The notes: a model not told the origin generated them from the sequence alone. A stretch of 64,000 nt of DNA from a virus (IMGVR_UViG_3300045988_137032:1-64000), one strand, 5' to 3'. Counted from the first letter of the stretch, positions 53,425 through 61,445 are shown. Translations and numbers: made by a program.

Positions 53425-54141
53425 ATGCCGAAATATAAACTTCTTCCTGTGCAAGGAAAAACTACAGTAAATGCTCCTCCTCTTTATATTGTGGTTGCAC
53501 AGGAAGATTTCATTGCTATGGATGGAACTTTTATTCCCTGTGGCACTGAAGGAGGATTTGTAGAAAGCGAAGCTTGCATGCCAAATACATCCAAAGATAA
53601 AAGCTGGATTTATGCTACCAATGGTTATGTAGTTGACAATGCAAAAATTACGAATAGCGTTATCAAGAATGGGTACATATCCGGAAATGCTACCATTGAG
53701 AATTCTATCATCGATAAGAAATGCAATATCATGGAGAATGCAGTTGTAGTTGATTCTACAGTGGATAGTAGTGTGATTGGTGTATGCTCAAGAATCGTTC
53801 GTTGTAAATTGATTGGTGATAATTGCATCAATCTTTATGAGAATACTCATATCTTAGATTCTACGATTGAGGATTCTTCTATTTCTGGAAATATTCTTAT
53901 CTGGAATTCTAATATCGCAAATTGTGCTATTCATAACACTGAATCGAAATGTAGGTCTTATGAATCCACTCATTTATCCGATAAGACGGAATTGGATTCT
54001 CTCAATTACAATTATCGTGATAAGCATGGTACTGGTGAGTTTGCTAAACGTAATAGACAACTCATGAAAGAATTGGAGCGTGCTTTTGCATCAGGAGAAC
54101 TCCGTGCTGGCTACGATATCCATCAGAAATCTGATAAGTAA
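53425..54141 (+). CDS. beta-helix (hexapeptide-like repeat) protein of unknown function
   Basis: 238-aa ORF with a GGAAAGGGTG RBS. It has about 15 short repeats of the type x-I-x-N/D-S-x-[IV], for example NSVIKNGYISGNATIENSIIDKKCNIMENAVVVDSTVDSSVIG. Confidence 0.75.
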   Translation: MPKYKLLPVQGKTTVNAPPLYIVVAQEDFIAMDGTFIPCGTEGGFVESEACMPNTSKDKSWIYATNGYVVDNAKITNSVIKNGYISGNATIENSIIDKKCNIMENAVVVDSTVDSSVIGVCSRIVRCKLIGDNCINLYENTHILDSTIEDSSISGNILIWNSNIANCAIHNTESKCRSYESTHLSDKTELDSLNYNYRDKHGTGEFAKRNRQLMKELERAFASGELRAGYDIHQKSDK

Positions 54142-54999
54142 ATTAATATTTTAATATCTTCTAAACTATATGGTATGAGAACATGATTAAGAAGATCTTC
54201 TTCTCATGCAATTTGCTTAACGATTGGTGCCATTTGTTAAGCAAGACAGTTTAGAATTATTACCTTTTCCTCTCACGAATTTCTCATCGTAATAATTCTA
54301 AATTTAGGGTTGAGAGCCCGAAGTTCAAAGCCGTACAACTCCCATTCCTACGGCCGGTCCAGTAAGATTCTGGAGATCAAGAACGAAAGTAACTTTAGCA
54401 TGATTTATGGATAGACAGAAGTTACCAATTGCGATATCAGCCGATATCTGCTTGTCATTTGAATGTTACTGCATCATATGGTAATTGGTAGCTCTCCACA
54501 TCTGTCTTACATTCATATGCACATGCTCCACTCTTTTGTAACGTACTTTGCTAGTATTGATCAACGTTCACAGCTCTCACAATAAATCGCGTACGGTTTG
54601 ACGTTGGCCAGTCTCTCCTAAGTCGTGTAAGAGATGCTGTATGCAATTGCATTATAAGGAGTTCGATGATATTGAATCTGTAGCGATTCTATCTAGTCAG
54701 GTAAAATTCCTGTGCTTCAAGCTGTTAAGAAGTTTACCATCCTTTTGGTGATACGCTGAACCACTGTCGCGTATACGCCCCAATAAGTTTATATATAGAG
54801 TATAGGATTATGAACTTTGGGTATACTCAGTCCAGAGTGGGTCATTACCGCTGGTTCCTAGATATACTCGATAGACATACCCCGTCGACTATTCTATGTA
54901 TAACAATAAGAGTGATGAAAACGACACCTTGAAGTAACTCCATTTTAGACTATTCAAATACACAGTAGATGTGAGATAAAACATCTACTGTGTATTTTT
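54142..54999 (+). ncRNA. candidate large structured noncoding RNA 2
   Basis: There is no ORF of 60 aa or more across 54142..54984. Perfect hairpins occur at 54213..54244 (9 bp) and 54252..54300 (12 bp). A nested long-range helix pairs 54413..54430 with 54483..54507; it includes a T-G wobble that favours the plus strand. An internal GATATC/GATATC hairpin lies at 54433..54448. The region ends in the terminator at 54956..54999. Confidence 0.45.
54956..54999 (+). terminator. intrinsic terminator closing the second noncoding block
   Basis: 16-bp stem AAATACACAGTAGATG/CATCTACTGTGTATTT followed by TTT. Confidence 0.75.
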
Positions 55000-55053
55000 A
55001 CTATTATAACAAATAGGTATGAATGCGTATGGATCTTTTATGATTATATATGC

Positions 55054-55147
55054 CCTCCTGTAGTGTAATGGTAACACGCCGGATTTATGACCCGGATAAG
55101 TTCTAGATTGGAGCAAGATGGGGGTTGGAGTCCCTCCAGGAGGACCA
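55054..55147 (+). tRNA. aberrant tRNA-like gene (94 nt); nominal anticodon UAU, 24-nt extra region, CCA encoded
   Basis: Hand fold: CCTCCTG TA GTGT AATGGTA ACAC G CCGGA TTTATGA CCCGG [24 nt ATAAGTTCTAGATTGGAGCAAGAT] GGGGG TTGGAGT CCCTC CAGGAGG A CCA. The acceptor stem is a perfect 7 bp. There is an A31-C39 mismatch and a G at T-loop position 56. Confidence 0.5.
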
Positions 55148-55193
55148 CTTTGTTTTCCATATAAATAGATCCTTTCAAACACATTCATTTGAC

Positions 55194-55238
55194 TGATACA
55201 GAGACTGATGACTATTATGGTTGTCAGTCTCTGTATCA
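55194..55238 (+). terminator. strong hairpin downstream of the tRNA-like gene (no T-run)
   Basis: 15-bp stem TGATACAGAGACTGA/TCAGTCTCTGTATCA. Confidence 0.45.
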
Positions 55239-55322
55239 TCTAGCCCTAAAAACAGTATTCTAATCAGTTAGGTTTTTCTCTTGTATTCTTAAATACTAAA
55301 GAAAGGGGAGATAATATAAGTT

Positions 55323-58300
55323 ATGGGTAATACAACTTCAGAGCTGATTCCGAACTACGATGCTATTATCAATAACACGTATGACGAAAGTTGGCTCAAT
55401 AAGCTTCTCCATACTACTGTCGAGAACTCGTTTCAGTTTCTGAAGAGATTGCAGCTCAGCTACTGTAGTGTGGATAGATTCCATTTTACACAGAAAGATT
55501 TCTTTGTGTGTACGGATTATCCGAATAATCTTTGTATCTCTATTCCGAAAGACTTCATTGATGCTACAAAGCGTAAAACTTATCGCTATTCAAAATATTA
55601 TGGTGAATATATCACCTATAATGATATTGCAGAAGATTTGGAGCATCAGTTTGATCCGAGTGATTTGAAACAGACTACATTTGAGTTTACACCATGTATC
55701 CACGTGGATGGAAGAGTTGCTACGAACGTGTTGTTCCGTTGTACTCTGGATGGACGTACTCAGGTTGTCTTTTTGGACATTCCTCCGTATTCGGAATGGA
55801 TTGGTGAAGATGCCAAGCATACGATCGAAGTATTCATGCTTCGGAATACATGGACTCATTCGTTCCTTACGAATAGTAAGGTGATGAGAAATCGACTGAG
55901 ACTTCTTGATACACAGGATGCTGATGATAGCGTAGAAGAGAGAAACGGCTATTATGTCTTTAACTCTACCCTTACTGGTGTTTTAATGACAAAATCTCCC
56001 ATTTTCTATTCTATCCGTTGTGTGAGTAAGCGGAGTGATGACTGCTATGAGACGTTCGGAAATTCCTTGGCTTTTGGTCATGTGGATGCTGATGGTAATC
56101 TCTGCATTCCGGCTACTACTTGGCTGAAAGAATATGTTACGAAGCATACTCTTCTGAATCTGGAAGTTACAATTTTCCATCCGAATTACACCTACGAGAT
56201 TCCGAATCTTCGTGAGGTAAAACAGCGTACTACGAACAAGGATATTTATTCTTGTATTGCAGTATGCCAGCAGGAAGAGATGCTTCACTGGGCTATGCCG
56301 ATTCCGGAAGAAAACATCATGGTTTTCTTTGTGGATAAAAAGACTGGTGAAACTACTTATCTCAATTCTTCCGAACTCACAAATCTTCATTATCCGAATA
56401 TTTATGAGATTCGTACAACAAAGGATATTGCAGATAAGTACTACATCAAACTCTTCTATCTGTACCGTCCTCTGTATAAGAGTCTCACTTATGTGGATCA
56501 ATTTTATTACATTCATAAATTCTTTAAATACCAATACAAGACTTCATACGGTCAGGAAGCTACTTTTGAGGATACTTGCAATAAGTTCCTGTATGATCAA
56601 GTCGATCCGTCTCTCGAGGGTACTCGCAAGTACTTTGATCAGATTTGGAACTATGAGGATGTTAATTACGTCTATAACATTAACGATTATGACCATAGCT
56701 CTGAGTATCCTAATTCTTATGCCTATAAACTTGATAAGGCGAAAGAATTTGGGTTATTGGCACCTGACAAGACAAGTGATTACATTGGCAATGTCAATAC
56801 AACTTCTGATCTTTACTATCTGGACGTAAGCAAAGTAGATTTGACTAACCGTGAGCGTACTACAACGCATGGTGAGGATAAGTCTTCCAATGTTGAGTTC
56901 GGTGAAGTACGATATCTGTTTATTTTCCGTAATGATGGTTCTAAGGCATTGAATCTTCGTTATTGGGTAGACGGATTGCTGTGCAATCGCTATACACAGA
57001 TTCATGTTGGCAATTACGATTATATCTACATTCCGAAAGAATATGTGACTCCGAGTTCTCATATTTACATTGAGAAGTTCTGGACTTACACATATTCTAA
57101 GCACCATGCTTTCTCAAGCATGGATGACATGTTTGATATTGAAGTAAAAGCTCCGAGTTATGTCGTTCCTACATGGCATGACCTCTTTGTCCGTCATAAT
57201 GAGACGGAGAAGATTGATAAGGATCGCTTTATCTTCTATAGTCGTGTCAATATGAATGATTATGAGAAGAGTATGCCTCTTGAAGAGCGGAAGCATCAGT
57301 GTGGTATTCCGGATGATGTCGAAGTCATTGACGGTGATGATGGCTACATGTATATGCGGATTACTCAGAATTATGATACTGATATGCCGCGGTATATGCA
57401 TCTCAGCAAGATTAAAGTAAAGCTTGCTAATGAATCTGATCTGAATAAGGACTTCCAGTTCATTATCAATAAGGATTCGTTTATCAGTCATGATACAATT
57501 CCTGCAAAAACACCTGTGCAGCGTATTCGTATTATGGATAGCACGCTTCCTTGGATTGAAGAAGGTACGTATCTTCGTACTTTCGTTGATCGTCGTCGTA
57601 TTGTATGTAACATCAAGATTGAAGCACTTACTCCGTATGATCTTCGTGCTCGTACTGACTACTATCCGACAATAATTCCTTATATTCAGTCTACTGATGT
57701 TACTCCATATTCGTATAAGCGAGTCTGCTTTGTTCCGGAGATTCCCGAGAACTTCATGATTGACATGTCTCAGTATATTGATACTCCGTTTAGTCTTGAC
57801 TACTACGAAGTATATCTGAACGGTCGTCGTCTGTTTGACTATAATATTGAGTGCATTACTCATCGTTATATCAAGCTTTTCAATGTAAGTTCTCGTTTGA
57901 ACTTTGCTGTGTATCGCAGGGATATGGATCCTTTCATCCTTGGTCATGCTCCTAATAAAGAGAAGACACCGATGGATGAATTCATCACGAATGGTCTCAT
58001 TGATCAGACTACGAAGGATAACTTCATTGATAATCTGATTGCTGAGAAACATCCCGGTAGTACTCCTGGTGAGAATACTGAGATCAATGTCAATGATGCA
58101 GTTACACCTGATGATACGACTACTGATCTTAAGAGATTCTACACAGATGTCATTATTCCTGAAGGTGTCACTAAGCCCCAGACTTGGATGCTCGATGAGA
58201 ATGATATCAAAAATAATTATCCCGCAGTATATGAAACTTACACCAAGAAGCATAAAGTTGTCATTCGTCCCAATGTCAACTTCGATGCTCTCCTGTGCAT

Positions 58301-58328
58301 GATGGTTGGTGAATATACTGAGGTTTAA
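55323..58328 (+). CDS. large hypothetical protein (1001 aa), probably structural
   Basis: Long ORF with an AAAGGGGAG RBS. I recognise no motif. Confidence 0.85.
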   Translation: MGNTTSELIPNYDAIINNTYDESWLNKLLHTTVENSFQFLKRLQLSYCSVDRFHFTQKDFFVCTDYPNNLCISIPKDFIDATKRKTYRYSKYYGEYITYNDIAEDLEHQFDPSDLKQTTFEFTPCIHVDGRVATNVLFRCTLDGRTQVVFLDIPPYSEWIGEDAKHTIEVFMLRNTWTHSFLTNSKVMRNRLRLLDTQDADDSVEERNGYYVFNSTLTGVLMTKSPIFYSIRCVSKRSDDCYETFGNSLAFGHVDADGNLCIPATTWLKEYVTKHTLLNLEVTIFHPNYTYEIPNLREVKQRTTNKDIYSCIAVCQQEEMLHWAMPIPEENIMVFFVDKKTGETTYLNSSELTNLHYPNIYEIRTTKDIADKYYIKLFYLYRPLYKSLTYVDQFYYIHKFFKYQYKTSYGQEATFEDTCNKFLYDQVDPSLEGTRKYFDQIWNYEDVNYVYNINDYDHSSEYPNSYAYKLDKAKEFGLLAPDKTSDYIGNVNTTSDLYYLDVSKVDLTNRERTTTHGEDKSSNVEFGEVRYLFIFRNDGSKALNLRYWVDGLLCNRYTQIHVGNYDYIYIPKEYVTPSSHIYIEKFWTYTYSKHHAFSSMDDMFDIEVKAPSYVVPTWHDLFVRHNETEKIDKDRFIFYSRVNMNDYEKSMPLEERKHQCGIPDDVEVIDGDDGYMYMRITQNYDTDMPRYMHLSKIKVKLANESDLNKDFQFIINKDSFISHDTIPAKTPVQRIRIMDSTLPWIEEGTYLRTFVDRRRIVCNIKIEALTPYDLRARTDYYPTIIPYIQSTDVTPYSYKRVCFVPEIPENFMIDMSQYIDTPFSLDYYEVYLNGRRLFDYNIECITHRYIKLFNVSSRLNFAVYRRDMDPFILGHAPNKEKTPMDEFITNGLIDQTTKDNFIDNLIAEKHPGSTPGENTEINVNDAVTPDDTTTDLKRFYTDVIIPEGVTKPQTWMLDENDIKNNYPAVYETYTKKHKVVIRPNVNFDALLCMMVGEYTEV

Positions 58329-58403
58329 ATAACGATGATTGTATTCTAAGAACTAATTGCTAAAGTTCTTGAAATTACAATCAAAGAGAAAGGTGGCTAA
58401 AAT

Positions 58404-59306
58404 ATGGCTGGTGCTCAGGCACGCTACGGTATTTCAGCACTGGACCTTGGGTATAAAGATTATGCCCAGAATGACGAGCTCATGGTCCATGGTGATGACG
58501 GCCGTATGTATTATAAGCGCACAGACGGTACTATTGTGTCGTATAGCGATAAAGATCTTACTGAATCCCAGGTCGTTGATAAGACGATGGGTGTTCTTCT
58601 TGGCATCGATGGCCTTACTCTTCCTGAAAACGAGTACATCGTTTATCGTACTTTTGATACGACTGGTAAGCTGGATCTGGCTACAAGTACAGATGTTGCG
58701 ATCTCTCGTGGGGCTACTCTGTCGAAGAATGTGCCCGGTTTCTTCTTCCGGATTCGTGGTAATGATGCAGTATCTTCTTCTGCTGCTATCATGAAGGCCG
58801 TCTATGCAAATAAGGTGAAGAATGGTTCTGATGCTGAAGTATCTGTGAAGATTAATGTCTCCAATAATGGTGCTAATCAGCAGACTATCACCGTTAATAC
58901 TCACCTTGATACGCTCACATATGTGAAGTTCCCGACATTTACTGGTACGCTTACGAACTACATTGTGACAATTGCATCGGTTTCTTTCCCGATGTTCAAA
59001 GCTGCATATGCTGCTGCTGGCGAAGCAGATAAGGTTACAATTCTTAAGGTGAATCGCGGCAATGCGAAGTTTGAAGTAAACTGCATTGACTTCATTGGCT
59101 ATGCAAGTAGCATTGCTGCTCTTGCTGATGATGTAACGGATGATGTTGCTATCAAGAGTGTAACTTTGAGTAAGGAAGCTTCCAAAGCATACGCTAATGA
59201 AAACTCTGCTGTTGCAAATGTCGGCGGTATTCCGAAGACCGCATTTGTCATCAGTAAGGATAATCCCAAGTCCGAATGTGTATGGGGTAAAATCGTAGAA
59301 GGTTAA
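58404..59306 (+). CDS. hypothetical structural protein
   Basis: 300-aa ORF with an AAAGGTGG RBS. The terminator at 59310..59354 follows. Confidence 0.8.
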   Translation: MAGAQARYGISALDLGYKDYAQNDELMVHGDDGRMYYKRTDGTIVSYSDKDLTESQVVDKTMGVLLGIDGLTLPENEYIVYRTFDTTGKLDLATSTDVAISRGATLSKNVPGFFFRIRGNDAVSSSAAIMKAVYANKVKNGSDAEVSVKINVSNNGANQQTITVNTHLDTLTYVKFPTFTGTLTNYIVTIASVSFPMFKAAYAAAGEADKVTILKVNRGNAKFEVNCIDFIGYASSIAALADDVTDDVAIKSVTLSKEASKAYANENSAVANVGGIPKTAFVISKDNPKSECVWGKIVEG

Positions 59307-59309
59307 ATT

Positions 59310-59354
59310 AAATGGCTTACACCTGATTTTTAACGGGTGTAAGCCATTTATTCT
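59310..59354 (+). terminator. intrinsic terminator
   Basis: 14-bp stem AAATGGCTTACACC/GGTGTAAGCCATTT followed by a T-rich tail. Confidence 0.75.
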
Positions 59355-59468
59355 TCTATCTGACGGAAGACAAACACCTTATTAAATGCTATGATATACT
59401 GAAGATGGCAATCCGGCTATCTTCATTTTATATCCATAGAAAATATACTTTAAGGAGTGATTTTTCAT

Positions 59469-60539
59469 ATGGCAAATAATATGAAGCAGGTCCTGCTGAA
59501 GAAGAAGATTGAGGGCGTCATTTACGATCTGTACGTGAAGACCTCTGCTGCTCTGGTTCAGTATGACGAGAACACTACTGTTGCTGCTAAGGTTGCTGCA
59601 GTTGAGGCTGTTGCTAACCAGGCTAAGGCTGATCTGTCTACCCTGATGGGTGCCGACGGCGGCACGTCTATCTCTGCAATGATCGATGAGAAGGTCAATG
59701 CTCTGAAGACTGCTCTGACCAATGAGGCGGATTCTGCCTCTCTGGCTGGTAAGATCAAGGCTAATGCTACTGCTATTGCAGCAGCACAGAAGGCTGCTTC
59801 CGATGAGGCTACTCGCGCTAAGGCTGCTGAGAAGACTCTGACCGACAACCTGTCTGCTGCTAACACCAAGCTGACCACCCTGATTGGTACTGATGCCAAC
59901 AAGTCTGCTCGTGCCATCGCTGCTGAGGAGATCGCTAAGCAGCTGATTCCCGAGCATGCTTCTGAGGCTCTGGACAGCCTGCGGGAGATCGCAGCTTGGA
60001 TTCAGGCTCACCCCGCTGAGGCCTCTGCGATGAACGCAAAGATCACCGCTCTGGAGACCAAGACTGGTACCATCGATGACGAGTCCGCTGACCTTGTCAC
60101 CTACGTTAAGAATCAGGTTAATGCTGAGAAGACTCGCGCTACCGCCGCTGAGGAAGCTAACGCAGCTGCTGCTTCCGCCGCTTCTACCGCTGCTGGTAAG
60201 GCTCAGACTGCTGCTGACGCCGCAAAGAAGGCTGCTTCCGATGAGGCTACTCGCGCTCAGGCCGCTGAGAAGACTCTGACCGACAATCTGAGTGCTCTGA
60301 CCACTAAGGTTGGCGAGATTCCCGCTACCGGTATTGGTGGCAAGGCCGCTTCCGTGGTCGCTTACGCTGCTGCTGTTGCTGCAGACGCTAAGAAGGCTGC
60401 TACCGATGAGGCTACTCGCGCTCAGGCTGCTGAGGGCGCTCTGACCACCAAGGTCAACGCTCGTGCTCGTTTCCTGGTTTCTGTAACCGAGCCTGACGAT
60501 CTGACCGAGTCTGATGTATGGGCTCAGATCATTGAGTAA
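59469..60539 (+). CDS. tail-fibre-like Ala-rich coiled-coil protein with three internal repeats
   Basis: The ATG at 59469 lies 11 nt after AAGGAG. The module KKAASDEATRAQAAEKTLTDNLSA occurs three times. Codon bias is strongly C/G-ending. Confidence 0.75.
   Translation: MANNMKQVLLKKKIEGVIYDLYVKTSAALVQYDENTTVAAKVAAVEAVANQAKADLSTLMGADGGTSISAMIDEKVNALKTALTNEADSASLAGKIKANATAIAAAQKAASDEATRAKAAEKTLTDNLSAANTKLTTLIGTDANKSARAIAAEEIAKQLIPEHASEALDSLREIAAWIQAHPAEASAMNAKITALETKTGTIDDESADLVTYVKNQVNAEKTRATAAEEANAAAASAASTAAGKAQTAADAAKKAASDEATRAQAAEKTLTDNLSALTTKVGEIPATGIGGKAASVVAYAAAVAADAKKAATDEATRAQAAEGALTTKVNARARFLVSVTEPDDLTESDVWAQIIE
59790..60448 (+). repeat. three in-frame ~55-70-nt DNA repeats inside the fibre gene
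   Basis: AAGGCTGCTTCCGATGAGGCTACTCGCGCT..GCTGAGAAGACTCTGACCGACAA occurs at 59790..59858 and 60228..60296. A shorter copy lies at 60393..60448. Confidence 0.85.
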
Positions 60540-60610
60540 TCTTATAGATAGTAAGTATACTATCTAAGCAATAGGGTTACTTTGATTACTTCTTCATGAA
60601 GTAAATTCGA

Positions 60611-60651
60611 CCGCTAGATTACTACAAAAATGGTAATCTAGCGGCCTTTTT
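60611..60651 (+). terminator. intrinsic terminator after the fibre gene
   Basis: 12-bp stem CCGCTAGATTAC/GTAATCTAGCGG followed by CCTTTTT. Confidence 0.8.
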
Positions 60652-60729
60652 ATGGTTATAGCTTTGGAACGTAAGTATAACCTAGTACTAGCTAATATAA
60701 ATTCTTTCATGAAAGGAAGGTATTAACCT

Positions 60730-60987
60730 ATGCTTCTTACTACTTCGATGGGTGCTAAGCATATCATCATGAATAAGGTTGATAAGCAGGGTAACGCCAA
60801 TGTTATTTTACCTGCAAACACAGCAGATGACGTTATCTGTGATGAGAACTCTAATACCCTGTCTGAGTATCTTTGCACTGTGTCTACGAGTGAGACTGTT
60901 GTTGGCGCCCCAATGTTTGCTATGCCGTATGGTTCTGGTCTTACACTCAATGCAGCAACTCTTAGTGCACTGACTAAAACAACTTAA
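60730..60987 (+). CDS. small fibre-associated protein
   Basis: 85-aa ORF with a GAAAGGAAGG RBS. The N-terminal segment LPANTADDVICDENSNTLSEYL resembles VKTSAALVQYDENTTVAAKV in 59469..60539. Confidence 0.6.
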   Translation: MLLTTSMGAKHIIMNKVDKQGNANVILPANTADDVICDENSNTLSEYLCTVSTSETVVGAPMFAMPYGSGLTLNAATLSALTKTT

Positions 60988-61052
60988 TAAGATCCTCTTG
61001 ATTCATTTTCTTTCTTTTTATTGCCTGTTTGGTAATTCCTCTCTTATAATAT

Positions 61053-61114
61053 TGAAGTCACATGATTTACTATGTAACTCGCACGCATAGTAATCATGTG
61101 ACTTCATATTTTAT
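61053..61114 (+). terminator. intrinsic terminator
   Basis: A stem of about 21 bp, TGAAGTCACATGATTTACTATG/CATAGTAATCATGTGACTTCA with one bulge, followed by a T-rich tail. Confidence 0.75.
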
Positions 61115-61157
61115 TTATATATTATACCTATAGTATGAAGAAAGGAGGTATAAAGAA

Positions 61158-61385
61158 ATGGATAAAGAACTTTTGACAACTCTTGGCAGTATCGTGCTGG
61201 ATGCTGCTGGGAATCGTCAAGTGCAAAGAGTTGTTCTTGGTACTTACACAGATGGATCGACTCGAAATCTTTTCGATGCTGCTTCTGGTGAATTTCTCTC
61301 TCCGAAAGATCGTGAGAAGTATTTCATGAAGAAACAGAAGAAGCACAAGAAGAAAAAGAAGCATAAGAAGATTCATCTCGACTAA
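61158..61385 (+). CDS. small protein with poly-Lys/His C-terminal tail
   Basis: 75-aa ORF with a GAAAGGAGG RBS. The tail is KKQKKHKKKKKHKKIHLD. The terminator at 61397..61445 follows. Confidence 0.65.
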   Translation: MDKELLTTLGSIVLDAAGNRQVQRVVLGTYTDGSTRNLFDAASGEFLSPKDREKYFMKKQKKHKKKKKHKKIHLD

Positions 61386-61396
61386 GTAATAGTCGA

Positions 61397-61445
61397 AAAG
61401 ACAAATGACGTTTGGAGTAGCATTCGTCATTTGTCTTTTTTTGTT
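61397..61445 (+). terminator. intrinsic terminator
   Basis: 14-bp stem AAAGACAAATGACG/CGTCATTTGTCTTT followed by TTTTTTT. Confidence 0.85.

Noticed and set aside
55205-55211. Hammerhead ribozyme core (CUGAUGA) downstream of the tRNA-like gene
   Set aside because: The heptamer sits in the loop of a simple 15-bp hairpin. No matching GAAA element or three-stem junction could be drawn around it.
54985-55239. Track ORF 54985..55239(-), 84 aa
   Set aside because: It overlaps the terminator, the tRNA-like gene and the downstream hairpin. It has no RBS, and its composition is inconsistent with neighbouring genes.
59790-60448. Diversity-generating retroelement (template/variable repeat pair) in the fibre gene
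   Set aside because: No reverse transcriptase gene is present in the window. All the repeats are in-frame modules of the same gene. The substitutions between copies are not restricted to adenine positions.
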